Below are positions 25,291 to 37,224 of a stretch of DNA of 50,311 bases, in pieces. The position numbers and the translations under genes are program-made. Source of the DNA: Paraglomus brasilianum (Eukaryota); contig CAJVPI010000136.1 in NCBI GenBank assembly GCA_910592345.1, positions 1 to 50,311 on the forward strand, written 5' to 3'. Below the pieces are notes generated by a model. That model saw nothing but the letters and a program-made list of their open reading frames with translations, had not been told where the DNA came from and did no database searches. How positions within the stretch are numbered: the stretch's first letter is position 1; each line of letters begins with the position of its first letter.

Positions 25291-25860
25291 CTTCCACCCG
25301 GGAGAGCGGCGGTGCACTAGCCTTGGTATTTAGACCTTTTCCGACGGAAGCTTTTTTGCTCTTCCTACTTCAAACCGACAATTAGTGACATTTAACTAGG
25401 TTTTATATTCACGATCTGTACAATTATTCACGCTGTTCCTGAATTATTACTTAACCTCGAGTATTACGTCGATTTCTCTGATGGGATTAGTCTCAGGACC
25501 TATCAGTCGGGGAAATTACTTCTAAATTAAATAATAATCCTGATGCAAAAGTACTAAATAAAATCGATTGGCAAGTATCAATCCTACTCGCCGATGACGG
25601 GAAAAGCGGTTTACACTTCGCCAACGACGCAAAGTATCTTTACCAGGGAGTAAACAAAATAACAATGTTTATAAGAAAATATTATCTTTATTAGAATAAG
25701 AGAAACTATCCTAATAGCAACGTCTTGCTGAAGATATAATCTAAAGAACAGATCAATTACTGAAGATGATATTTAGCTATTCACTACGACTCGTATTTAT
25801 AACTAATTATCGTTCCACTAAACTGTCAAGATTTTTGGATAAATGGGGAGATTTTGTTGT
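25290..25860. mobile_element. Related LTR-like copy (B), inverted relative to 24393-25176
   Basis: Block-wise reverse-complement match to about 24660-25172, e.g. CTATCCTAATAGCAACGTCTTGCTGAAGATAT, TTTACACTTCGCCAACGACGC, GATGGGATTAGTCTCA. Ends unclear. Confidence 0.8.
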
Positions 25861-26069
25861 GTTCGCGTTGTTTTCTTTATTTCTTTTATTCACATATTGA
25901 ATGTCAATGGTTTCAAGTACGGAGATGGAGACTAAACGAGAAGTTTTAATTTTTGGCAAGACCTCACTTGGAGTAAGCGTTCAGAAACTACAGTCACTGT
26001 AATTGCTTTGTTATTACTGTATACTTTGTTACTGATGCTTTGGCTTTATAACTTTAATTCACACATCTA

Positions 26070-26300
26070 ATATGTTTGTTTCTATTTGTTTTCTAATTTA
26101 CTAAAAAACTGTTTAATTCTATCCGTTTAACTTACTGAATCGTTTACTTCTATCCATTTTTCTGACTTTCTAATACTAAATTGTTTATTTCATCCGTTAA
26201 TAATCGTTCACTTCTACCATTTTTTCTGACTTGCTAAAATGTTTACTTCTATCCGCTCCTGACATACACTGATCGTTCGCTTTTTGACTTGCAAAAACTG
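26070..26300. repeat. Degenerate minisatellite
   Basis: Recurring TGTTT(A)CTTCTATCC..TTT..CTGACTT(G)CTAA units of roughly 35-45 bp. Confidence 0.55.
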
Positions 26301-26349
26301 GTTATTTTCCGATCAACACATTTGTTTGTAATCACTGCTGTTCTGCCCT

Positions 26350-26755
26350 GCCAAAAGTATAAATACAAGATTTTACTAGTCAAACATATGAAAAATCGAA
26401 AATTTTAAGTCGCTAATTCTCTATATTTTTTAAACAAGTACCAATAAAATTTATATAATTGTAAAGCTAAATGATTGTAGTTTTAATTGAAAGATATCAG
26501 CGATTTCAAAATATTAACGATTGTCGTATATACCCCCCGCCAAAAGTATAAATACAATTTACTATGTATTACGTCGATCATTTGATATTAATCAAGTGAA
26601 GCCTTCGTCTCCTCCTCACACTGCAACAGTAATATCTTAAAATTGCTTATATCTCTCAATTAAACATACAATAATTTAGCTTTACAATGATATAAATTTG
26701 TTTAAAAAAATATAGACTTGAAAATTTCATGTTTTATTAGTAAAATCTTGTATAC
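26350..26755. repeat. Foldback/MITE-like inverted repeat
   Basis: 26363-26520 is an imperfect reverse complement of 26629-26755 (TACAAGATTTTACTA/TAGTAAAATCTTGTA; TTGTAAAGCTAAAT/ATTTAGCTTTACAA). Direct repeat GCCAAAAGTATAAATACAA at 26350 and 26539. Confidence 0.7.
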
Positions 26756-27105
26756 GTGCGTACTATAATCTTTGCAATGTATATTCAAATCTTTAAATAA
26801 AAAACGAAACTCGCAAATTGCGTCTCTATTTATATCATTGTGCTGTCATATAGACTAGAATCACAAGAATGATGTTTGCTGATGGAGATTACTCCGTTTA
26901 AGCAAAGAAGTTTTACTTTTTACATACAATTAATTGCTATTACGTGTGGCGTGATCATTCTAAATGCGAGCAGTAAACTACTAATACAGTACAGGGAAAC
27001 AATAGTTACATTGTGAAAAGGTCTAGAAGTTCGTCATTGATTAAGCGTTAGTATATTAGATCACATCGCGCAGCACATCTTCCATCGAAACAAACGAACA
27101 AGAAA

Positions 27106-28970
27106 ATGGCAATTACAGAAAAGATTAAGAACGAGTTCAAGGACGCGAAGGAAATGCTGGCGGAGGCGAAGGGGAAGCTGGAGACGTTTGAGAACGACAA
27201 TGATGACGGGAAGTGGCTAAAGACGTTGAGGAGCAAGGCGCGCACTGGCAAGCTCAGCGACGACAAAAGGGACAAGAAGAAGAGACTAGAGGAGGAGAAG
27301 ACGATGCTGGATCAGGCGGTCGAAACTCGAACGAAGGAGATGGAGGAATGGAGGGAAAGGCTACGTCAGTTCCCCGCTGTCACAGGTAACGACTTTGTTG
27401 GGGACATAGAATAGTGTGTACATAAGGTAGAGCAGACATGGTAATATGCATGTAGGTTTACATTTTATCTACAGAGTAGAGCGAACCAAATTATTTTTAC
27501 TATCCTTGGTTTATTCTTTCTACTGTAATATTCATTGAAGGGTGTGTAGCAAATAGGTAGCAGCAAATCGAAAGAAATTATCACAACAGAAATATGCTTG
27601 CCATTGAACCAATCATTCCATCGCATTATCTCACATCTTATAATTTTTCATTTGATCAGGAAAAAAAAGAGGATATGGGGATTCAGATGATGAGAGTGAA
27701 GTCCGAATTAAAAAGGAAAGATTATCACACCTCAAACAGCGAGGTATTTTTTTTCTTTTAATGTTGGCCTTGCCTTTATTAAAAACAAAAACATCCTGAC
27801 TTGTACCTTTTCTAGATGCGGATAAGATTATAAATCTTATTGATAACTTAAACACGGTCGACACAAATCAACAAATCTTCAGAGTGCCACTATTGCCAGG
27901 GATAGTGAATATACAACTATATATAATCGACAGTGTTATTCTTATTTCCGCGAATTTATATTCAGTGGCAAAGACTTCAAACGATATTTAATCACCGGAA
28001 CCCCGGAATCGCAAAGACCTATTTTGGAAGATTGTTGTTAGTGGATCATAAAGACTTTACATTATACATAAATCCTATTGAAAAAATTACGTTTAAAGTG
28101 AATAGCGACGAATACAAAACTTTGGCACAAGCATCGGATACATGGTGCATAATTGACTACCGAGAACCCCAAATCAGTCACAATTATAATGGAAAGTTTA
28201 TAATGGTGTCTTCTCCCAAAAAAGAAATGATTAAGGATTTTGTTAAAGTATCGCAGTGCAAAAGTATGTATATGCCAACATGGGAGGAAGATGAGGTATT
28301 AGACTGTTGTAAGGTTCTTAAAATCGATGAAACATTAGTGATAGAAAAGTTCAAGTTATGCAGAGGGATAGCACAGTGGATCTTTGATAGCACGATGTCA
28401 CCAGCAGACACCAAATTGATTCTTGAGAATGCAATTAAATCAATTAATACAAACATACTCTACCATCAAGGCCAGTCCTTTTCATGTCACAAATACACTC
28501 ACAAACTTATTCATATACACACCAACACAGAACAGAGAGGTAAATATTTACCATAAGCTACATTAACTTGCTTTTTTGCCTCAAAATATGTCATGGATGG
28601 GTGCCTAGAAAAATTACGACAAGGACATAACACAATTGGGAGGTTTACGTGGAACATCGTTTGAAATGGTCACGCATACGATTATTCGCCAAGGAAAGTT
28701 TCAAGTACAGGAGCTTACAAAAGAATGTAATGGATTTGAATACTCATGATTTTGAGTTTCTAGAAGAAAAATTTTTTTGATAAAGTTAATGCGATACAGG
28801 GAGAAAAATATTTTCTCTCAATTTCAAAAATTTTCGAGAGCATAGTAATAGATAGTTATTCTCGTCCCAATAATCTATTTCAAGAACTGTTGCTAAAAAG
28901 CATGTATTAAGCAAGAAGGATTAAGAGCGATTCATGATGTATTGGATTTAAGAGAGGAAGTCCGCATACA
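27106..28970 (+). pseudogene. Crinkler-like pseudogene B: coiled-coil header + P-loop NTPase + restriction-endonuclease-fold domain
   Basis: Header exon 27106-27385, then a basic NLS-like exon (GKKRG...IKKER). Frameshifted Walker A LITGTP/GIAKTYFG (~27990-28025), WCIID, MVSSP, YMPTWEEDE, GIAQWIF, HKLIHI, FASKYV, DSY..PNNLFQ.TVAKKH. Multiple stops and frameshifts. Confidence 0.8.
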
Positions 28971-29643
28971 ATTAATTGACACTATAATCAGTATTAATGA
29001 TTATCAAGCTCTTCAAAATACTATACGTCGTTACCCAATTAAACTGTACATTAACATTGCAGGAATCTGGTATGATTGATGGTAATGATGATGCTATGCG
29101 AATCTGTGTTTGTAACCAAAACGACTTAAATATTTGCAATCAACAAAGTAAACATTCCAGTTAACTTCACGTGATGTTCATAATTCGGTCCTCTCGATAG
29201 GCGACTTAGCTATGTTACTAATGAGATTAAATCGAATCCTTGTTCAGAAAGACAAAAGGGAATAAAATAAAAGATAACATAAAGGGTGACGTCAAAATAC
29301 AACGATATTAATATAACTAAAAACATGTTTACAATAAGACACATTGTGATAACAAAGGTTTTTTACTATTACTATAGCAAGATTCACTATGTATGTACTG
29401 TATATGCCTAAACACGTCTAACAGATTATGTCGTCATCAGTTTAATGTACAGAGATCAAGTCATTTATTAATTCTACCACAAGCATGCATATATACAATG
29501 GATACTCGTTCTTTTGTTTTGATGCCAAAATGTTACTAAAAATACATTCAAAGCGATTATTTCTTGTAAAAAGATTCAATTCTATGGTCTTCTTTCTCTA
29601 ATAATTATCTTAATGAAAATAACAATAATAGAAATTATAATTA

Positions 29644-31058
29644 TCATAAAAATGTTTGATAAAAAAGTAGAACAGTTATTAGACATGTAGTAAATAAGGA
29701 CGCTATGCTTTTGTCTAACGATACAGCATTTGATTGGGATGAACCTGATTGCGGATCATTACTGATTGACGCAGGTGTAGAAGTAGCAGCATCAGTAGTA
29801 GTGTTCGAGGTTGTTGAGGTGGCACCTGGAGTGGTACCTGACGAAGGAGCCGAATTGGTGCTTGTAGGAGGAGGAGGAGGAGGAGCAACGACCGAATTTG
29901 CATATAAACTAATACGATTACAAGTAGCCGCTGGCACTATATTATACTGAGCTTTTTGAAGAACAGGCACGACGCTCTCGGCTGCCAGAGCTGTCTTTTG
30001 ATACAAATCATGTTCCAGAGAGATATGTCCGGTTGTACCAGTGTCAGTAGCTATCCATTGAGTAAAGTTGCCAGGAATCCAATTGACGTTAAAATTAGGA
30101 TTGCTATTAGCCAGAAAGTCTGAAGCGTCACGGTCCCATAAAATTATTTTATAACCCAGTTGTCCAAGAATGTCGCGAACACGGTCGTCACAATCACCAT
30201 ATGGCGGTCGCACAGTGCGAGTCGTAACATTTATTGCTTGCTGGATTGCTAATTCAGTGTACTTTATTTCTGCAATGATCTGTTCGTTTGATAAACTTGT
30301 AAGAGCCGTATGTGACCATGTATGAACCGCAATGTCATGACCTAATTTCAATGGTATTATTAGCTACAAAGTAATATACGGGAATAACGGAATGATTCTG
30401 TTACACTGACCACTGTCATATATTTTCTTAAGAACTTCTGGGAATTGATATACGCGGGAGCCCACTACGAAGAACGTAGCCTAATGTGACACAAGGCTAT
30501 TATTAGTACCATATGATGTAATAATAATAATAATAATAATACCAATTACTTACCTTTATCTTTTGAGAATCTAAGAAATCTACCAATCTCGATGTATAGG
30601 GCCTATCATGTGACAATAATATGAGTAACAACTCCAATTGTACAACAATGTTTAGCAATCATAAAATTACTTACGAAGGACCATCATCGAACGAAAGACC
30701 CCAATCTATATATGATAGAGACAATGAATAATATGTGTTAACAAAGCATCGTTGAACTAAGCGAATGTCACCTCACAATTAATGTTTAAAGTAATCCTTT
30801 ACCTTTTTTGGTTGGACAATTGAGGATATCACTGGGGCGATTACAACCACAGGGAGATCGACAAAAGCTCGAAACTTGTGCACAAGTCGTAGTCTGATTA
30901 AGTTGAGGAGCTTTTGTTACTTTTGACATATCAACCAGGGAACTCCAAGCAGCAACTGCCGCTACAGGTTGATCGACCGCCGGCCATGTCCCTGGAAGCG
31001 CGGCGTTGGCAACATTAAATAGGATAAATAAAGACAAAGCAATAAAACTTTTTGCCAT
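29644..31058 (-). CDS. Chitin deacetylase (CE4/NodB), secreted, Ser/Thr-rich tail and probable GPI signal; multi-exon
   Basis: Signal peptide. Small exons encode DWGLSFDDGP and ATFFVVGSRVY. HTWSH, RPPYGD and SLEHD motifs. Hydrophobic C-terminus. Confidence 0.93.
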
Positions 31059-33605
31059 CGCTCAGATAATACGGTATCCGTGAACTGTTTGAGTTTCAGG
31101 ATATGGAGTGGGGATAGGTCATGAGGGGGTTTAAATACACTATTTAGGTATCACCAGCTTCTGGAAATGATTATTATGCCTTTACTATTTTACGTATTAT
31201 AATCACAAATTTAAATCCACTAAATTGACGCAATGAATAAAAATTAGTCGATTTATATGTGTATTGTAGGAAAAAGAATTTTCCATTAATATATTATTTA
31301 TCTGTATGCATTTGGCGATCCGTCATACGTAGTTATCTGTGTGCGATCAAAAGGGCATTAAACTTTAATTAATTAGAAAGATTACATATTAATATCAATA
31401 TATTAAACTCCTAATTCGCATTTGCCCATTTCGAAAGAACTTATCCTCTTCAAGGCAAACTTGCGGGGATTTAAATGATAAAAAGTATATGGGAAAAGGC
31501 TAGCGTCTACAAGGAAATATCATTTTCAAATGGAGGCAGTCTAATTAAAGCATTCTCATAGAGACTTTTGGCCATAAATGATGTTAATAGACACAAATAA
31601 ATGCTTTCGCAAAATCTTTGATTAGATAATGGACATCGAATTCCCCCCTTCTCCATCCCGTGTCACGTTCAAAGTCACATTGTTTTGGATGGTCACGGAA
31701 ATTTTCTATAAATATCGTGAAACAGGTATTTGTGCGCTGCCAAGATAAACACCTGACCTCAGCGCTCTAAATATACATCAATTTTTCGTCAATTTTTGTC
31801 ATAAACCTTTCATTCGTCTGTAGAACAATCAAAATTTACACCAATTATCATAATGCCGGCGCACACGATGCTTCAAGGACAATTACTTTACTGCGGATAT
31901 TTTATACTCCGGTTTAACGATATTAGTATGTATCGACATAAGCGGTAATAGGTAGAAAAAGAAAAGTAATTTACACGACACCAAGTTCAGTCAACAAGCA
32001 GAGATTTTATATATTAGACAACCCTTTGTTCACATGCCCGTTTCTAAATAGTAATTTCTTATTTCCTGGTTTGATGATGTTGACACAATTGTGTAATCAT
32101 AAATTTGTTACTTCGCTCCATGTTTACTAAATTGAGACTAGTTTGTCTTCCCCACTCCTTCTCTATATAGTCTAAAATAGTCAACACACAATATAGCGCA
32201 ACCTTGGCAGCGAATCTGTCATAAACAGAAAAATCTTCCTAGAAACGTAGGCCGATGCTCAGAATTAAACCAAGTGATCTTCTTGTCAACTGTTTTATAT
32301 AATGACGTCTTGTCAGCATGGTGTGAATATTGTTCTTATGTAATTTAAGAACACCGTGAATTAAGTCACATAAAAAGGGTTTACAAGTAAAATTTCCACC
32401 TGAAGCTAATTATAGAAGTTTCGTAGTTAAACAATTAACATTTTTGTACAATGCTTATCTCGTGTAATAAAACAAAACTATCGATTAAAATAGTTCTCCA
32501 ATTAAAGAAAGGTTCGTCAATCATATGCCAATACGACAAAGAATTATACTATATTTCATTATGGAGCTCTTTTTCTTTTTTGAATTGCATATGTTTATCA
32601 ATTTACATATCGATGCGTTGCGTACAGCATAGTGATAGTACAGTACGTCCGCAAAACATTCAATTCGAGCATCAACTGTGCAAGAATGGACTCAGCACTG
32701 TTGCTATTTTAGACTTTATGCGAGGTAAGAATACATATTTGTAATAATTAGAAATTTACTTCAATCCGCCGTTGTCAGTATGTTGTAATGTTGCACAAGA
32801 TTTATGTACAGACGATTATCTTCTAATGTTGGATTCTGTGAATAATGCAATAAAAATGATGTTTTTATTTTTACTCGTCTGCTAAAAATATAAAAAACGG
32901 ATCGTCATTTTTGCTTTTGTGTTTGAGGCCCCTGATCAGAAGCATCTTGTTTCACAAAGATTCTTCATCGCTGATTTTTTCCATTCATCGTCTGTTAGTT
33001 TGTTTCACAGTAGGAAACTACGCCAACAAACATTTGTAACGGAGACTGTAAGATTCTCGTTGGCGGAGTGACATGGATTATAGCCTCAATTATAATTTTT
33101 TGTCCTCTGAACATGACGCATTGTGGCCTTGTAATAAGTAAAGTAGATAACGCCTGTATATGCTGTAAGTGTGTGAGAAGGAATTAGCCCCAAAACCCCA
33201 GCATTTCGAACATGCTCTTATAGTAATCTCAATATGAACGCAAATCGTTTAGGCTAGAGTTATTTTGTTTCGTTAATTTGTTCTAGATGTTTCTCACAGT
33301 CAAGCAAATGGTTTCATAAGCATTCTGTTCCAAGTCATAAGTGTCACTCGAGTCCTGTTATTGTGATGACGCTATAAGTATTAGTATGCAATGGTAAATT
33401 AAATTAAAATGGGTAATAAAATAATCTTACGCTTTCCGGGCATAATAACAACGCCTTATTATAAACTAGAATATGAGTTAACTTAATATTAAAGGTAAAT
33501 GAAACGAGTAAAATGATGTCAATGGGCGTTATCCGTCTAATACTAAATATGGCAGTAAAACTGGTAAATCTGACTCCATCCTACATGCCCGAGTAACACA
33601 GATCG

Positions 33606-34319
33606 CATGCATGCAAATAACAGTTGCTAGCTATATTTGTGTACTGGCTTGCAATAGCGATAGTGGTTTAATATCTCTGTGATCCTAGAGTAATTAAGTC
33701 AGTCGGGAGTCCATGCTCGAATATTAATTGTTAAATCATAAAGGTTCTACTAACCAGAAGTCTAAAATATTTATACGGTAACAAAAAATACATGTAAATT
33801 CAAACATAAATTGATTATTGAATATTAGGGAGAGTGTTTTCGTTTTGTAGAATAATTTTTACTTACTATGGTTGCAGAATTTCTTATCCACAGAAAACAT
33901 ATTTAACGTTCTTCATGGTTTTTTGCAAGATATGAGACCAAATCCATGCATGTAAATAACAGTTGCTAGCTGTATTTGTGTACTAACACTAATTAAGCTC
34001 GCAAATAACGATAATGGTTAATATCTCTGTGATTTTTTTATTTACTAAAGTAATTAACGTCAGTCGGGAGTCCATGCTCGAATATTAATTGTTAAATCAT
34101 AATCATAAAGGTTCTATATAAAACTGCTAACCAGAAGTTTAAAATATTTATACGGTAACAAAAATACACGTAAATTCAAACATAAATTGAATATTGAATA
34201 TTAGGAGAGTGTTTTGTTTTGTAGAATAATTTTTACTTGTCATGATTACAGCAATTCCTTATCCACAGAAATCACATTTAACGTTCTTCATAGTTTTTGG
34301 CAAGATATGAGGCCAAAAT
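33606..34319. repeat. Tandem duplication, two units of about 340-375 bp
   Basis: 33606-33944 and 33945-34319 are highly similar with small indels (CATGCATGyAAATAACAGTTGCTAGC...GCAAGATATGAGrCCAAA). Confidence 0.95.
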
Positions 34320-35531
34320 TTTTTGCCATGAGATTCAATTAGTTTATGTCAGACTAGTATTAAAGAAGACTTATGACGCTACTTTTCAACGTTTCTTTAC
34401 AGAAACTTGCATTTTTTTAAAAATGTCTCGATGAGATTTGCAGGACGTTGTGCTGATAACCACGTGACATTTACAATCAGAAAATATTGCAAACATCTCG
34501 TCGTGATGTCACCAACAAATTGCTAAATTTCTATTAGTATCCTGGCGATCTTGTCATGAGATTCTGCTAGATTGTTCAACTTCGTAAAATTTCCATGCAT
34601 CCCCGAAATCTCGTGGGCACATCTTCACGATACACTAAAATTAGAATCCTCATGGTGATCTACGTTACGTGATACCTGTTAGATAGTGGTGATCTTATTC
34701 TGATGTCACAGAGAGATTTATAAAAACTACAGGTTTCTGTAAAGGTGTTTGTATAATGTATCACGTGATTTTTAGAACAGGTAAAAGCTGTATTCTCAGC
34801 AGCCCTGAATTCCCAAAATAGACATCCTTGTTATTGTATAATAACAAGTTCTTTATATCTGGATCTATTAATATTGCAGCATGTCTTATTATCATGTTAA
34901 TTCTTAATCATGATTTTAAATTTAACAGTGCACATTCTCACAAAGTTGATAATATCTTAATGAAGTTGACTACAACCTGAACGGAAAACAAAATATCGAA
35001 AAAAGATTGTTATCTTAAGTGAGGTAATATGGATAGCTTAATGTTTACATATTAATATTAAACATTACCAAATTAAGTCATTATTGTAAATTGACACGTA
35101 TCTACTATTCCATTAGGGGTGATCAATCAAGCTTTAAAGACGACATGTGAAGTCTTATAATGATGACAAAGATATTGACAAGATTGGGATATCGTCTATC
35201 TAACTTTGCCTTGTGTGTGCTGGTTACAGCATACAATGTCAGACTCCTGTAATCATACGCTGGGTTAACAATAGCAATTATTATTGAATCTTATAATTTA
35301 TTCAATTGTACCAAGCGCCATTGTTTCCTGGTTAAACTCCACCTCTCTATCCCTTCCCTATCATGCATCAGATTCATCTCTTTTGACGACTTTAGAACTT
35401 GACTGATGCGCACAGCCAGTTCTCAATATGTATTTATTTACCTACTCTACATTTCCTCAATGCTCACACCGCATTCTCATCCTTCTTTATTCTACTCAAT
35501 CGTATACCGATATTCGTTGAAATAACGCAGT

Positions 35532-36281
35532 ATGACTGACGCACACTCTTACCCGTGTATAGATTCACCATCGAATGATACTTTATATCTACAAGGACCT
35601 CAATTTTGGCCAGGATCCACGCCCATTCATCCACCAACACCAAGTCCTGTAAAACGATTGATTAGATTTATTAACAGTTTCTCGTTGGTAAATCTATCTA
35701 AACGACGAGGGTCGGATTCCAGCATTACAAGTACCGACTCGTTGACGGATAATTTATATATTAATAATGAGTTTGATCGTAAAACAATAAATCGTAAGAA
35801 ATGCGCAAGACGACCGCACTCGTCAAATCCACCATCTCTCAATCGAAAGATATTATACAAATCACGCCATCACAGTATCGCCTATTTCCCTCGTCATGGG
35901 GGACATTCGTGTTCGACTCCGGACAAGAAAATAGCCCGACCGATATCAAAAACCAAGTTCATCGTCAACATCCATTGGCTACCGCACTATCACATCGAAC
36001 TATCTCTCCCGCGGACTATATCCCTTAGACAGTTTTATCGCACTGTAGAGAAGGCGTTATCCGTCAAGTTGCCATCCGGTTTGATTGTATTGTATCATAC
36101 GGAAAAATTTACTAAACTGGATGAACTGAGGATGAAGTCAAGAAGAGATCGAGCGATCGTGGCATATTGCATGGAAGAAGGGAAAGTAGTTACGGTTGAT
36201 GAAGATAGAGAATGGAGGTGTAGAATGGTTGAGTGGGATACGGCAACGGAAGTCACTTTGGTTTCTTTGAAAAAGTGTTAA
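35532..36281 (+). CDS. Hypothetical protein (249 aa, intronless; disordered N-terminus, possible small globular C-terminal domain)
   Basis: Long ATG-initiated ORF in AT-rich context. Ser/Pro/basic N-terminal half with RRGS motif. Confidence 0.7.
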   Translation: MTDAHSYPCIDSPSNDTLYLQGPQFWPGSTPIHPPTPSPVKRLIRFINSFSLVNLSKRRGSDSSITSTDSLTDNLYINNEFDRKTINRKKCARRPHSSNPPSLNRKILYKSRHHSIAYFPRHGGHSCSTPDKKIARPISKTKFIVNIHWLPHYHIELSLPRTISLRQFYRTVEKALSVKLPSGLIVLYHTEKFTKLDELRMKSRRDRAIVAYCMEEGKVVTVDEDREWRCRMVEWDTATEVTLVSLKKC

Positions 36282-37224
36282 ATGCTGTCGAGAGTTTTGA
36301 AGGATTTAGGTGCGAAAATCTGTAAGTTGTTTAACCCTATAACTGGCCTAACGCCAGATTATATTATGGATACCTAAAGAACGGTATCAAAATAAACATA
36401 ATGCTGTTTGCGCCATAAATTTAATTCTTATGATGATGGTCGAATGAATAAGATCAGTATGGTTCTACCAACATTGAGTAGATGATGGTTGAACATCTCC
36501 TTGCCCTTTTGTGTTGAATCGTTTCTTTTTTAAAAAAAGCATTCGAGGGCAATCGTTCTGATCTTCCGAAATCATCCGTGTTGGCTCAGCGAACTGAAAT
36601 GGATTATGCTGCCAGTGAGATATTCATTGCGTATTTCATGGTTTGGGGACTGAAAGAAAAAGTGCTTTTGCAATTTGGCTGAGCGGTTCTCACTTTGTTT
36701 TGGCATGGTAAACCAATATGCAAAGTAATAATTTAGACCAAGGCAGCGACGGTTTACTAGCAAAATGTTCAAGTATCATGACTGTTGACTCACCAGTTTC
36801 GAACCGGGTGCAAAACGTGAGCTGAGTAAACCTTTCTTGACCTTGGGAAACCTTTTTAGTATGACTCTCTTGACCTTTTCAATCTTCACATTCGTTTCCC
36901 TTCATTCAAGTGCCCGTTCGTCTTTTTTTTGGGGGGAAGTAGATTGTCATGGCGTTTAATCTTTCCGATAAAAATGGCTTCACATCAAATATATTGATGG
37001 ACGGCACAACTTCTGAACCGAGATGAGACAGTAAAACTTTATCTTGCCTTTTTTATGTCAAATTTCATAATATTAAACAGTCCATCAAAATCAATCTGTA
37101 GGCTATCTTTCGTATATTGTGAATATTTCTTTTATCGCGCGAAGAGGGTTAGATTTCAGAGAGTAGTACAGGCCACCATATATGTAAGGAATTCTGTCGT
37201 AAATTAGAGGGCGTAAACTCGTTC

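Noticed and set aside
24740..25745. Group I intron, Fanzor/IscB omegaRNA or snRNA interpretation of the conserved blocks
   Set aside because: AAGATATAATC resembles a group I S element, but P, Q and R were not found in order. No nuclease ORF or snRNA signature is visible.
24660..25860. Single foldback/Pack-type transposon capturing a gene fragment
   Set aside because: The left arm has its own TG...CA ends and TSD, and the central fragment is in-frame continuous with the upstream gene, so two insertions explain it better.
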